Shown here: in pieces, positions 1-9,812 of the stretch
Numbering within the stretch: the first letter of the stretch is position 1
Layout of the letters: every line of letters begins with the position of its first letter
Assembly (NCBI GenBank): GCA_963741075.1
Contig: CAVUGS010000003.1
Location: 101,054 to 165,053, forward strand
Source of the DNA: an uncultured Thermoleophilia bacterium
Lineage (GTDB): Bacteria; Actinomycetota; Thermoleophilia; UBA2241
DNA: 64,000 nucleotides
Direction: 5' to 3'
Notes under the pieces: model-generated
What the model saw: only the letters and a program-made list of their open reading frames with translations
Databases searched by the model: none
Told to the model about the DNA's origin: nothing
Program-made: the position numbers and the translations under genes

Positions 1-406
1 CTGCGCCTGCGCGCCGCGCAGCGCGACGACCTCGCGCTGGTCTACCCCGCGCGCCGGCGCGGCTGGGTCGCCCTCTGGGGCGTCCGCGCCGGCGGCATCG
101 TCGTCGAGCGCGAGGTGGGCCGCGAGGCGTTCGGCGAGCAGGCCGCCGCCGGCGTGCTCGCCGAGCTGGCCGCCGCCGAGCCCCCGCGCCCGCCGCTGCC
201 GGCCGCCGCGATCGACGAGATGCTGCTGGTGCACTCCTGGGTGGAGGCGCATCGCGCCGCGCCCGGCGTCGTCGACCTGCGCGCCTTCGTCTCCGGCGCC
301 GAGGACCTCGCCGTCCGCCACCGCCCGGCTGCTGCGCGCGGTCGGGCTCGCCGCCGGCGGCGATGCGCAGCCGGCCGCCCAGGCGGCGAGACCCGCGGCC
401 GTCTGA
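1..406 (+). CDS. hypothetical protein, 3' fragment (gene starts upstream of window)
   Basis: The frame-1 translation from base 1 (...IDEMLLVHSWVEAHRAAPGVVDLRAFVSGAEDLAV) is stop-free and GC3-rich. After about 315 the sensible tail (ATARLLRAVGLAAGGDAQPAAQAARPAAV*) is one frame over and ends at TGA 404-406. I do not recognise the family. Confidence 0.3.
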   Translation, partial: CACAPRSATTSRWSTPRAGAAGSPSGASAPAASSSSARWAARRSASRPPPACSPSWPPPSPRARRCRPPRSTRCCWCTPGWRRIAPRPASSTCAPSSPAPRTSPSATARLLRAVGLAAGGDAQPAAQAARPAAV

Positions 407-495
407 CACTCCCCCGCACGGACGAAGGAGGGGGCGGGCGCCTCCGGCGCCCGCCCCCTCCCCATCGCCCGCCTGGGTCGCTCAGGCCGTCGCGG

Positions 496-2398
496 TCAGA
501 CCTCCTCGACCCGCGACCTGCGGCGCATGAGCAGCCACGCCACGATGATGATGACGACCACGACGGCGATGCCGATGCCCACGTACAGCCCGGTGTTGCC
601 GCTGCTGCTGGTCTCCGTCGTCGAGGCGGTCTTCGGCCCGATGCTCAGGAAGTTCGCGTAGCCACCGTTGCCGAACGGCGGGACGAGCGTGTTGCCGTTC
701 GGGCTCGGGGATCGCGATGTAGCCCTCCCACTTGGCCGTGTTGTAGGCCTCGAAGTCGGGCCGGTAGTCGGTGACGATGTACGGCGACTGCTCGTAGAGG
801 ATCTGCTGCATCCGGTCGATGTACGCCTTGCGCTTGTTCGGGTCCAGCTCCTGGCTCTGCTGCTTGTAGAGCTTCTCGTACTCCGGGTCGGTCCAGTAGG
901 AGTCGCTCCAGTTCCCGATCTGGGCCTTGGTGAAGTAGCTCAGCATCGAGCCCGGGTCGTAGTCGAGGTACCAGCCCCACAGGAACATGTCGTAGTCGGG
1001 CGTGAGCACGTCCCCCTCGTAGTTGAGGATGGTGTCGCTCAGCGTCGACGAGTCCATCACCGACAGCTTGACCTTGATGCCGACGTCCTTGAACCAGCCG
1101 GCGATGAGCTTGGCCTCCTGCTGCTCTTCCGACGACTCCGAGCGCGCCATCAGGCGCAGCTCGATGGGCTCGCCCTTGTACTCGCGCACGCCGTCGCCGT
1201 TCGCTGTCCGTGTAGCCGGCCGCGTCGAGCAGCTGCTCGGCCTTCGCGGGGTCGTAGGTGTACTTGACGTCGGCCGGCGGCTCCCAGTGCCAGTCGGGGT
1301 TGTGGTAGTAGTTCGGCGGGATGATCGTCGTGCCGGGAGTGGTGGAGCCCATCATGATGAGGTCGACGACCTTCTGCAGGTCCACGGCGTAGTTCAGCGC
1401 CTGCCTGAACTTGACGTCGCTTGCAGCACCGGGTGGCCCTTGCTGGGCCCCATGTAGCAGTTGAAGGCCAGCTCGTCGAACGCGTCGGTGGCGATGGCGC
1501 GGGCGGTGATGCCGGGTTCGGTCTGGAGCTGCTTGACCTGCTGCGGGACCAGGCTTTCAGCACCGTCGATGGTGCCGGCCTTGATGTCCTGCAGCATGGT
1601 GTCGCCGTTGGTGTAGTACGTGAAGTAGAGCTCGTCGATCTTGGGCTTCGGGCCCCACCAGGTGGGGTTGGCGACGAGCTTGACGTAGCTGTTCTTCTTC
1701 CACTCCACGCACTTGAAGGGGCCGGAGCCCACGTAGGGCGGGGTGTTCTGGTACTTCTTCCCTACGTCGTTCACGGGGATCTTGGACCAGATGTGCTCCG
1801 GCAGGATGGGCACCCAGTGACGGGTCATGTCCGGCTTCGGCTGCGGAGCACACGAACTGCACCGTGTAGTCGTCGAGCGCGGTGGCTTCCTTGATCAGGT
1901 TGGTGTACGCGGTGAGGTTCGACGTCTGGTCCGGGTTCTTGACGATGAAGTTGTAGGTGAAGGCGACGTCCTTGGCGGTGAGCGGCACGCCGTCGTCCCA
2001 CTTCGCGTTCTTGCGGATGGTGAACGTCCAGGTGAGACCGTCGTCGCTCACGGTCCAGTCGGTGGCGAGGCCCGTCGAGTTCTCGCCCTTCATCGGCGAG
2101 AGCGTCTTGGGGTCGTAGCCGACGAGCGAGTCGTAGGTCAGGTACCACATCTCGAACGCCGGCGACTCGAAGCCGATGAACGGGTTCAGGTTGTCGGGCT
2201 GCCTGGTCCAGCCGACCTTGTAGACGACCTTGCCCGCGGCGGCCGAGCTGCCGGGCGCCGGCGACGCGCTGCCGGCGGACACCGGCGCCGGACTCTCACT
2301 CGCGCCGGCGGCCTCCATGGCCCACGCGAGTCCCAGCACGGCCACGGCCGCGACAAGGACGAGGACGAGGACAGGACGTAGACGTCGTTCTGGTTCAC
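496..2398 (-). CDS. extracellular solute-binding protein, ABC family 5 (peptide/nickel type), with signal peptide and C-terminal TM anchor; frame broken about 7 times
   Basis: Four minus-strand track ORFs (1557-2345, 1394-1828, 645-1385, 482-1189) carry consecutive pieces of one SBP: KVVYKVGWTRQPDNLNPF, WVPILPEHIW..GSGPFK, DVKFRQALNYAVD, GEPIELRLMARSE..WGWYLDYDPGS. The start is GTG 2398, preceded by GGGGGA, and is followed by the signal peptide RLRPVLVLVLVAAVAVLGLAWA. I read the tail by hand as ...GLYVGIGIAVVVVIIIVAWLLMRRRSRVEEV*, stopping at 496-498. Confidence 0.8.
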
Positions 2399-2542
2399 GA
2401 TCCCCCCTTTGATCGCCAGGTGCGGTGCGCCGAGCCCCAATTCCCCTCCGCGGCTGCGGCGACGCGTGTCTCTCATCGTCTCACACGACGGCGGGGAGCG
2501 TCTATCATGAGGTCTGGACCGCGCGGCGGAAGAGAAGGACGC

Positions 2543-3328
2543 ATGGACTCCATCAAGGCGAGCATCGAGAAGAGCCAGGTACGACGCCGTCATCTTCGAC
2601 CTGGACGGCGTCGTCACCCAGACGGCCGCCGTGCACGCGGCGGCCTGGAAGCGGCTCTTCGACGCGTACCTCGAGGAGCGCGCCGCCCGCACGGGCACCA
2701 GCCCGGGCGGCGCGCCCGACGACCCCCTGCGGCCCTTCGACCGCGGCGGCCGACTACCGGCTCTACGTGGACGGCAAGCCGCGCTACGACGGCGTCCGCG
2801 ACTTCCTGGCCTCGCGCGGCATCGAGCTGCCGCCGGGCGACCCGTCCGACCCGCCCGAGCGCGAGACGGTCTGCGGGCTCGGCAACCGCAAGAACGACTT
2901 CTTCAACGCCGAGGTGCGACGAGCACGGCGTCAAGACCTTCCCCTCCACGGTCGCGCTCATCCACCAGCTGCGCGACGCCGGGATCAAGGTCGGCCTCAT
3001 GTCGTCGAGCAAGAACACCGCCATGGTGCTGGACGTGACCGGCACGACCGACCTGTTCGAGGTGCGCGTGGACGGCGTCGTGGCGGCCGAGGTCGGGCTG
3101 CCCGGCAAGCCGGACCCGGCCATGTACCTCGAGACGGCGCGCCGGCTGGGCGTGGACGCGGCGCGCTCCGTCGTGGTCGAGGACGCGCTCTCCGGCGTCG
3201 AGGCGGGCCGGCGCGGCGGCTTCGGCCTCGTGATCGGCGTCGACAGGCTCGGCCAGGCGGCGGAGCTGGCGCAGGCCGGCGCCGACGTGGTCGTGGACGA
3301 CCTCGCCGAGGTGGACGTCACCGCCTGA
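2543..3328 (+). CDS. HAD-superfamily hydrolase, beta-phosphoglucomutase-like (HAD-IA); three +1 frame breaks
   Basis: The gene starts at ATG 2543 ([12 protein letters not shown]). After shifts near 2578, 2750 and 2915 it continues as [27 protein letters not shown], then [42 protein letters not shown], then [62 protein letters not shown]. It has the DxDG motif I and a typical HAD-IA cap and core. Confidence 0.75.
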   Translation: MDSIKASIEKSQVRRRHLRPGRRRHPDGRRARGGLEAALRRVPRGARRPHGHQPGRRARRPPAALRPRRPTTGSTWTASRATTASATSWPRAASSCRRATRPTRPSARRSAGSATARTTSSTPRCDEHGVKTFPSTVALIHQLRDAGIKVGLMSSSKNTAMVLDVTGTTDLFEVRVDGVVAAEVGLPGKPDPAMYLETARRLGVDAARSVVVEDALSGVEAGRRGGFGLVIGVDRLGQAAELAQAGADVVVDDLAEVDVTA

Positions 3329-3411
3329 GGCCCTGCCGGCGCGTCATCGCCGGCCCTATCGGGGCGGCGCGTCATTGACCCTCTCCGGGCGGCCCGGAAC
3401 CTCTCGCCGGG

Positions 3412-3876
3412 TCATTCGCCGTCCCAGTACCCGGCGCGAGCGTCCCTCCTGAGCAGGAGGTCGTCTCGCTTGTCCCCCGGCCAGATGGCCACTTTGTCGC
3501 TGTCCGGATACACGGCGACCGAGGGCTTGTTGCGCGTGGAGATCATCAGCACGTGAGCCGTGGTCTTACCGGGATTGCTCACTTTGTGCGCCCCCTGCGG
3601 CCCCTGGCGAAAGCAGACCGCGTCTCCGGCCCGCAGCTGCTCTTCGCCGTCGTCCGTTCTCACGACCGGGGTCCCGTCGAGCACCACGAGCCACTCCTCG
3701 TTGCCATAGTGGTAGTGGTAGGGGCAGACCGACTCGCCGTGCGGCAGTTCGTACACGGTGGCTCCGATCATCCTGGCGCCGACCTTGTGGCCGAAACGCG
3801 CGACGCCGGCACGGTAGCCCTCGGGATCTCGAGCGAGGTACTCGAAGTCGAGATCGAAGATGTTGAACGTTCGCAT
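3412..3876 (-). CDS. cupin domain protein
   Basis: Intact ORF. I chose the internal ATG 3876 (MRTFNIFDLDFEY) as the start. The cupin core is CPYHYHYGNEEWLVVLDG ... GDAVCF..GAHKVSN. The upstream part of track ORF 3412-4035 looks non-coding. Confidence 0.8.
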   Translation of the reverse strand: MRTFNIFDLDFEYLARDPEGYRAGVARFGHKVGARMIGATVYELPHGESVCPYHYHYGNEEWLVVLDGTPVVRTDDGEEQLRAGDAVCFRQGPQGAHKVSNPGKTTAHVLMISTRNKPSVAVYPDSDKVAIWPGDKRDDLLLRRDARAGYWDGE

Positions 3877-3982
3877 GGCCTCTCCAGGGTCGAAGGAATG
3901 TCTCTCCCTGCCACTACCCGGCCTCGTCGCGCCGGCACGTGCGGGCGTCGACGCTGGTGTGCTGCCGGCTTTCCGTCCGACG

Positions 3983-4011
3983 TTTACACGAACATATGTT
4001 CGTGTTACGCT
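3983..4011 (+). promoter_or_regulatory. putative promoter (TTTACA-17-TACGCT) with an embedded LexA/SOS box CACGAACATATGTTCGTG (3987-4004)
   Basis: An 18-bp perfect palindrome has a core CGAAC-ATAT-GTTCG that matches the Gram-positive/actinobacterial LexA consensus (GAAC-N4-GTTC). It fills the spacer of a -35/-10-like pair located 45-70 nt upstream of ATG 4056. Confidence 0.6.
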
Positions 4012-4055
4012 CATTGTCCCCGCAGCATCGTCCACCTTCGCGTCAGGAGTCCCAC

Positions 4056-4424
4056 ATGCCGAGCGGCGGAGCCACCTCCGGCGACAGACCCGAGCCTCCC
4101 CCAGCGGCGGCGGCCGGCGGCCAGACGGAACGCCGCAACGGCGCCGCCCGGGCCCGCGCCGGCCGCCCGGGCCCCAACGGCGAGGCCGTGCCGGTCGCCG
4201 TCAGCTGGGACGAGCGGGCGCGGCGCCCGGTCGCCTTCGTCTGGCGCCGCCGCACGTACCGCGTCGAGCGCGTCCTCGAGACGTGGGTCCTCGAGACGGG
4301 CTGGTGGCGGGACGACGGCCACGTCAGCCGCTCGTACTGGCGGGTGCGCGCCGGCGGCCGCGTCGTCGACCTGCGCTACGACCGCCTCAGCAAGTCCTGG
4401 GCGCTCGAGCGGGAGATCGGATGA
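4056..4424 (+). CDS. small conserved-looking hypothetical protein (W/R-rich), first gene of the SOS-box unit
   Basis: ATG 4056 is preceded by AGGAG (4046-4050). The product is 122 aa and the stop at 4422-4424 lies 19 nt before the polymerase ATG. The C-terminal half reads VSWDERARRPVAFVWRRRTYRVERVLETWVLETGWWRDDGHVSRSYWRVRAGGRVVDLRYDRLSKSWALE. From memory it resembles a small DUF (DUF6504-like) found near imuB/dnaE2; I cannot verify that here. Confidence 0.6.
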   Translation: MPSGGATSGDRPEPPPAAAAGGQTERRNGAARARAGRPGPNGEAVPVAVSWDERARRPVAFVWRRRTYRVERVLETWVLETGWWRDDGHVSRSYWRVRAGGRVVDLRYDRLSKSWALEREIG

Positions 4425-4443
4425 CCGCGCCCGGAGGACCGAG

Positions 4444-7400
4444 ATGAGCTTCGTCCACCTGCACACGCACACCACGTTCTCGTTCGGCGACGGCGCCTGC
4501 CGCATCCCCGAGCTGGTCACGCGCGCCGCCGAGCTCGGCATGCCGGCCCTGGCGGTCACCGACCACGAGGGGCTGTACGGCGCCGTGCGCTTCTACCAGG
4601 CGTGCAAGGCGGCCGGCATCAAGCCCATCGTCGGCGTGGAGCTCACGGTCGAGCCGGCGGTCGGCCCCGGCGGCCGGGCCTGGGAGCCGGGCGCGGACGG
4701 CGGCGCGGACGCGGCGGATGCAGCCGGCGAGCGGCTCGCCCATCGTCGTCGACCCGGCGGCCGCGGCGGCGCTCGGCGAGCCCTCCGCCGCCGTCCGCCG
4801 CGCTCGCCCCCGACGGCCGCATCGCCCACCTCAAGGCGGCGGCCACGGTGCCGCCCTCCGCCGCCCGCGCCTCCGGCGCCGGCGGCTACCACCTGGTGCT
4901 CCTCGCCAGGGACTACGCCGGCTGGAGCAACCTCTGCCGCATCATCAGCGCCGCCCACCTCGAGCACCCGGGCGAGCCTCCGCGTGGCCCGGCTCGCCAC
5001 CCTCGCCGAGCACGGCGGCCACCTCGTCGCGCTCAGCGGCTGCCGCCGCGGCGAGGTCTGGTCGCGGCTGCTCGCCGGCGACAAGGCCGGCGCCCGCGCC
5101 GCGGCCTCCGTCTTCCGCGCGCATCTTCGGCCGCGAGTACTTCATCGAGCTGCAGCACGAGCTGCTGCCGGACTCGGACGCCTCGCTGCGCGCCCTCGAC
5201 CTCCTCGCCCACGAGCTGCGCATCCCCACCGTCGCCACCGGCGACGTCCACTACACGGTCAAGGGCGACGCCGGCCTGCACGACGTGCTCGCCGCCGAGG
5301 CCGCCAACCAGCCGCTGCCCAACCCGCTGGGACGCAAGAACGCCGAGCTCTACCTCAAGGGCCCCGGCCAGATGCGCCGCCTGTTCCAGCGCTACCCCGA
5401 GGCCTACGCCAACGCCGGGCGCATCGCCGCGCGCTGCAACCTCGACCTGGGCCTCGGCAAGCTCCTCTTCCCCGCCTACCCGCTGCCGCCGGGCGAGACC
5501 GCCTTCTCGCTGCTCTGGAAGCGCTGCTTCGAGGGCGCCGCCGAGCGCTACCGGCCGCTCACCGCCGAGGTCACGGCGCGGCTCGAGCGCGAGCTCCGGG
5601 TCGTCGAGGAGCTCGGCTTCGCCGAGTACTTCCTCGCCGTGCGCGACATCGTCGAGTTCGCGCTGGGCCGCGGCATCTACTACTCGGGCCGCGGCTCCGC
5701 CGGCAACAGCATCGTCAGCTACGTGCTGCGCATCACCGACGCCGACCCCATCGCCCACGAGCTGCTCTTCGAGCGCTTCCTCAACCCGGCGCGCCGCGAG
5801 ATGCCGGACGTGGACATCGACTTCTGCTCGGCGCGCCGCGACGAGGTCATCCAGTACATCTACGAGCGCTTCGGCCACGACAAGGTCGCCATGGTGGCCA
5901 CCGTCAACACCGTGCGCGCGCCGTCGGCGGTGCGCATCGTCAGCCGCGCCTTCGGGTTCACGCCGGACGAGATCAACGGCCTCTCCAAGCGCGTGCCGTG
6001 GGGCAGCGCGTCCAAGCTCGGGGAGATGCTCGCCGAGCGCCCCGAGCTCGCCGACCACGAGTTCCAGCACCCGCACTACCGCCGGCTGGTCGACGTCGCC
6101 GAGCGGCTCTCGGGCTTCCCCGCCCACCTCGGCACGCACCTGGGCGGGTTCATCCTCTCGCGCGACCCGCTCACCGACCGCGTGCCGCTGCAGTGGGCGG
6201 CCAAGGGCGTCGTGGTGGCCCAGTTCGACAAGGACGACGTCGAGACGCTGGGCCTCGTCAAGATGGACATCCTCGCGCTCAAGATGCACTCGGCCATCGC
6301 CGAGGCGGTGCGCCGCATCGAGGCGCGCACCGGCGAGCACGTCAGCGCCTGGGAGCTCCCGCGCGACGACCCCAAGGTCTACGAGCTCATCCGCTCGGCG
6401 CGCACCGTCGGGCTGTTCCAGCTCGAGAGCTCGGGGCAGCGCAACCTCGCCACGCGGCTGCAGGAGCGCGACTTCGAGGACGTCATCGCGGCCATCTCGC
6501 TCTTCCGCCCGGGGCCGCTGCAGGCCGAGATGATCGCGCCGTTCATCCGGCGGCGGCACGGGCGCGAGCCGGTCGTCGTGCCGCACCCCGCCATGGAGCG
6601 CGTCCTGCGCCGCACCTACGGGGTCATCGTCTACCAGGAGCAGGTCATCGAGGTGGCGGCGGCGGTCGCCGGCTTCAGCCTCGCCGAGGCCGACCTGCTG
6701 CGCCGCGCCATGACCCACGAGCGCTCCATGGAGGAGATGGACGCCATCGGCCGCAACTTCGTCGAGAAGGCGATGGCGCTCGGCGCCTCGCGCGAGGTCG
6801 CCGACGAGGTCTTCCGCCAGCTCCGCGGGTTCGCCGCCTACGGCTTCAACAAGGCGCACGCCGCCTGCTTCGCCATCGTCTGCAACGCCTCGGCCTGGCT
6901 CAAGGCGCACTACCCGGCCGAGTTCTACGCCGGCATCCTCAACAACCAGCCCATGGGCTTCTACTCGCCGCGCGTGGTGCTCAACGACGCGCGGCGCTTC
7001 GGGCTCGAGGTGCTCCCGCTCGACGTCAACCTGAGCGGCGAGTGGTTCGAGGTGGAGCAGGACGGCACGGCGCTGCGCGTCGGCCTGGCCTACGTCAAGG
7101 AGATGAGCGCGGTGGCGCGGCGCGCGATCGTCGCGGCGCGCGCGCGAGCGGCCGTACACGTCGCTGTCGCGACTTCGTGGCGCGCACGCGCGTCAGCCGC
7201 GAGATCGCCGAGAACCTGGCGCGGCTCGGCGCCTTCGACGCACTCGGCGTGCGCCGCGAGGAGCTGGTCGCGCAGATGCCGCTGCTGTACGCCGGCGCGC
7301 GGACGGCGCCCGCCTCGCTCGTCGCCTCGGCCGCCGGCGATTCCGGCCTCGACCAGCCGCGCCTCGCCCTCGACGAGCAGCTCGGGCCGCTCACCTTCCT

Positions 7401-7935
7401 CCCCGACTGGTCGCGGCAGCGGCGCGTCAGCATCGAGCTCGAGCTGCTCGGCCTCAACGTCAGCGCCCACCCGCTGCGCTTCGTGCGCGACGAGGTCGAG
7501 GCGCTCCGCGTCACCCCCATGGGACGGCTGCCCGAGGTGCGTCACGGCAGCCGCGTGCGCGTCGCCGGGGTGCTCGAGCGCGCCCAGATGCCCTGGATCC
7601 GCAGCGGCCACCGCACCATGTTCCTCACGCTCGAGGACGAGACCGAGCTGGGCCAGGTGGTCGTCTTCAACGACGTCTACCTCAAGTACGGGCGGGTGCT
7701 CAAGGACGCCGTGTACCTGCTGGTCGACGGCGAGCTGCAGAACGACGAGGAGCACGGCCTCGCGGTGGTGGCGCACCGCATCACCGACCTCCTGCACGCC
7801 ATCGGCCGCGACGCTGCGGGCGGCCGCGGGCGGGCGGCCAGACCCGCCGTGCCCGGCGGCCTCACCTACCAGCGGCCGGACGCCTGGGAGCTCCCGGCCG
7901 TCGAGCCGCGCACGCGGCCGGGCCGGACGGGCTGA
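4444..7935 (+). CDS. dnaE2: DNA polymerase III alpha-family protein, DnaE2/ImuC-like (error-prone); about six +1 frame breaks
   Basis: The gene starts at ATG 4444, and its pieces lie in all three frames. They are MSFVHLHTHTTFSFGDGACRIPELV..AVTDHEGLYGAVRFYQACKAAGIKPIVGVEL (PHP), GGYHLVLLARDYAGWSNLCRI, FGREYFIELQHELLPDSD..GRGSAGNSIVSYVLRITDADP..PDVDIDF (palm), GLFQLESSGQ..YGFNKAHAACFA (fingers) and an OB fold, VRVAGVLERAQ..LTLEDETELGQVVVF, near the C-terminus. Stop at 7933-7935. Frame breaks are near 4740, 4800, 4975, 5125, 7150 and 7175. The FSF-x-DGA N-terminus, the absence of a tau-binding tail and the upstream LexA box favour DnaE2 over replicative DnaE1. Confidence 0.8.
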   Translation: MSFVHLHTHTTFSFGDGACRIPELVTRAAELGMPALAVTDHEGLYGAVRFYQACKAAGIKPIVGVELTVEPAVGPGGRAWEPGADGGADAADAAGERLAHRRRPGGRGGARRALRRRPPRSPPTAASPTSRRRPRCRPPPPAPPAPAATTWCSSPGTTPAGATSAASSAPPTSSTRASLRVARLATLAEHGGHLVALSGCRRGEVWSRLLAGDKAGARAAASVFRAHLRPRVLHRAAARAAAGLGRLAARPRPPRPRAAHPHRRHRRRPLHGQGRRRPARRARRRGRQPAAAQPAGTQERRALPQGPRPDAPPVPALPRGLRQRRAHRRALQPRPGPRQAPLPRLPAAAGRDRLLAALEALLRGRRRALPAAHRRGHGAARARAPGRRGARLRRVLPRRARHRRVRAGPRHLLLGPRLRRQQHRQLRAAHHRRRPHRPRAALRALPQPGAPRDAGRGHRLLLGAPRRGHPVHLRALRPRQGRHGGHRQHRARAVGGAHRQPRLRVHAGRDQRPLQARAVGQRVQARGDARRAPRARRPRVPAPALPPAGRRRRAALGLPRPPRHAPGRVHPLARPAHRPRAAAVGGQGRRGGPVRQGRRRDAGPRQDGHPRAQDALGHRRGGAPHRGAHRRARQRLGAPARRPQGLRAHPLGAHRRAVPARELGAAQPRHAAAGARLRGRHRGHLALPPGAAAGRDDRAVHPAAARARAGRRAAPRHGARPAPHLRGHRLPGAGHRGGGGGRRLQPRRGRPAAPRHDPRALHGGDGRHRPQLRREGDGARRLARGRRRGLPPAPRVRRLRLQQGARRLLRHRLQRLGLAQGALPGRVLRRHPQQPAHGLLLAARGAQRRAALRARGAPARRQPERRVVRGGAGRHGAARRPGLRQGDERGGAARDRRGARASGRTRRCRDFVARTRVSREIAENLARLGAFDALGVRREELVAQMPLLYAGARTAPASLVASAAGDSGLDQPRLALDEQLGPLTFLPDWSRQRRVSIELELLGLNVSAHPLRFVRDEVEALRVTPMGRLPEVRHGSRVRVAGVLERAQMPWIRSGHRTMFLTLEDETELGQVVVFNDVYLKYGRVLKDAVYLLVDGELQNDEEHGLAVVAHRITDLLHAIGRDAAGGRGRAARPAVPGGLTYQRPDAWELPAVEPRTRPGRTG

Positions 7936-7948
7936 CCCGCGCCCGCGG

Positions 7949-9812
7949 TCAGAACACGGCGACCTGGATCACGACCTCGTCGCCGACCCTGCCCTTGACG
8001 TTCGCGACCGGGTCCTGCCCGACCACGTCGCCGGGGATCTCACCCCACCCGGCGACGTAGTCGGTGCTGACCACGAAGCCGGCGTCCTCGAGCATCGCCG
8101 AGGCGTCGCCCTGCGAGAGGCCGACGACGTCGGGCACGTAGACCTTGGGCGGCCCGCTGCTCACCCAGAACGTGACCGTGTCGCCGCGCTTCACCGTCGC
8201 CCCGGCGGCCGGCTGCTGCTTGAAGATCTGGCCCTTGGGCGTGGTCTCCGAGGCTGCCCGCCGGCTCTTGCTGTTGAGCGCCTCGGCCTGCAGCCGCCCG
8301 CGGGCCACGCCCGCCGCCAGTCCGCTGAGGTCGGGTGACGGGATGTGCAGCGGGCCACGGCTCACCCACAGGTCGACCTTGACCCCGTCGTCGACCTTGG
8401 CGCCGCCGCGCGGCGACTGGCGCGCCACCTCGCCGCTCGCGTACTTGTCCGCCCACACGTAGTGCAGCACCGGCTTGAGGCCCTCGTCGCGCAGGGCCCT
8501 CGTGGCGTCGGCGCGCCGCTCGCCGACCACGGCGGGGACGGTCGCGCCCGGGGCGAGCAGGTAGACGTACGCCGCCCACGCCGCGGCCGCCACCAGCGCG
8601 AGCAGGACGAGGGCGAGCACCACGCGGCGCGCCTGCGGCGGCGCCGCGGCCGCACGGCTCGTGGCCGGCTCGCCGCCTGAGCGGTAGCGGGTGGGCGCCT
8701 CCGCGGCGACCGCGGTCGCCGGGGCGGGCGCCGTGGCCCGCGGCGGCGACGGGACGGCCGGCGGGCGAGCAGCGGGGCGCGGCGGCTGGACCACGGGCGT
8801 GGCGGCCGCGCCGCCGGGCGCCGCCGGCGTCGTCATGGGAGCTGCGCCGGCCGCGGCCACACCCGCCGCGGCCCGGACGCCCGCCCCCGCCGCCGCGGCG
8901 GCCACAGCGGCGCCTGCCGTCGCCGGCGCGCCGGCCGCGCTCACGCCGTCGCCCGGGGCGCGCCCCGGGCGCCGCGCCTTGCGCAGCGCGGCGGCGAACT
9001 CCTCGGCCGTCTGGTACCTGTCGTCCGGGTTCTTGCTGAGCGCCCGCATCGCCACGCCGGCGAGCGCCTCGCTGACGCCCGGCGCCAGCGTGCGCGGGTT
9101 CGGCGGCGGCCGTGGAGACGTGCTGCATGGCCACGGCCACGTCCGTCTCGCCGCGGAACGGCACACGCCCGGTGAGCATCTCGTAGAGCACCACGCCGAG
9201 GCTGTAGAGGTCCGAGCGCTCGTCCGCCTGCCGCCCCTGCGCCTGCTCGGGCGAGAGATACGAGGACGTCCCCATCATCGCACCCGTGCGCGTCAGCGCC
9301 GAGTCGCCCATGCGCGCGATGCCGAAGTCGGTGACCACCACGCGCCCGCCCTGGTCGAGCATGACGTTGTACGAGGTGACGTCGCGGTGGACGATCGCCC
9401 GCGCGTGCGCGGCGCTCAGCGCCGACAGCACCGCGAGCGCGATGGACACCGCCTCGTCCGGCGGCAGCGCGCCGTCGCGGCGCAGCCGCTGCTTGAGCGT
9501 CTCGCCGCGCACGTACTCCATGGCGATGTACGTCGTGCCCTCGGCGGTGCCGCGGTCGTAGACCGCCACGATGCTGGGGTGGTTGAGGCTGGCCGCCGCC
9601 TGCGCCTCGATGCGGAAGCGCTCGACGAACTCGTCGTCGGCCGCCAGCCGCGCCTTGAGCACCTTGACCGCCACCTGCCGCCCGAGGCGTTCGTCCTCCG
9701 CGAGGTAGACGTCGGCCATCCCTCCGCTCCCGAGCGGAGAGACGATGCGGTACCGGTCCGCAAGCAGCGGCGGGACCTGGGCGGTTTCTGGGTCGCGATC
9801 GTGATCGTTCAT
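7949..9812 (-). CDS. Ser/Thr protein kinase with TM segment and three PASTA domains (PknB-like); one frame break near 9110
   Basis: The N-terminal Hanks kinase shows GSGGMADVY, VAVKVL, HRD loop, TDFGIA and YLSPEQ. An Ala/Pro-rich linker follows, then a TM helix (VVLALVLLALVAAAAWAAYVYLL), then three PASTA-like repeats (VPAVVG..VDLWVSRGP, IPSPDLSG..VTFWVSSGPP, VPDVVGLSQGDA..). Confidence 0.85.

Noticed and set aside
3553-4443. The 5' extension of the 1460-aa track ORF (3553-7935). It would give the polymerase a 300-aa N-terminal extension.
   Set aside because: The extension overlaps the cupin gene in antisense and runs through the promoter/LexA region and the small ORF. The polymerase has a canonical PHP N-terminus starting at ATG 4444.
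5033-7159. Long antisense ORFs opposite real genes. Examples: 5033-7159 minus (708 aa), 14211-15605 minus (464 aa), 18621-19985 minus, 37490-39073 plus, 57074-59275 plus (733 aa), 49173-50747 plus.
   Set aside because: Their translations are Arg/Ala/Gly/Pro-rich with no recognisable motifs, and they shadow genes with clear family signatures on the other strand. This is the usual stop-codon-poor artefact of very GC-rich DNA.
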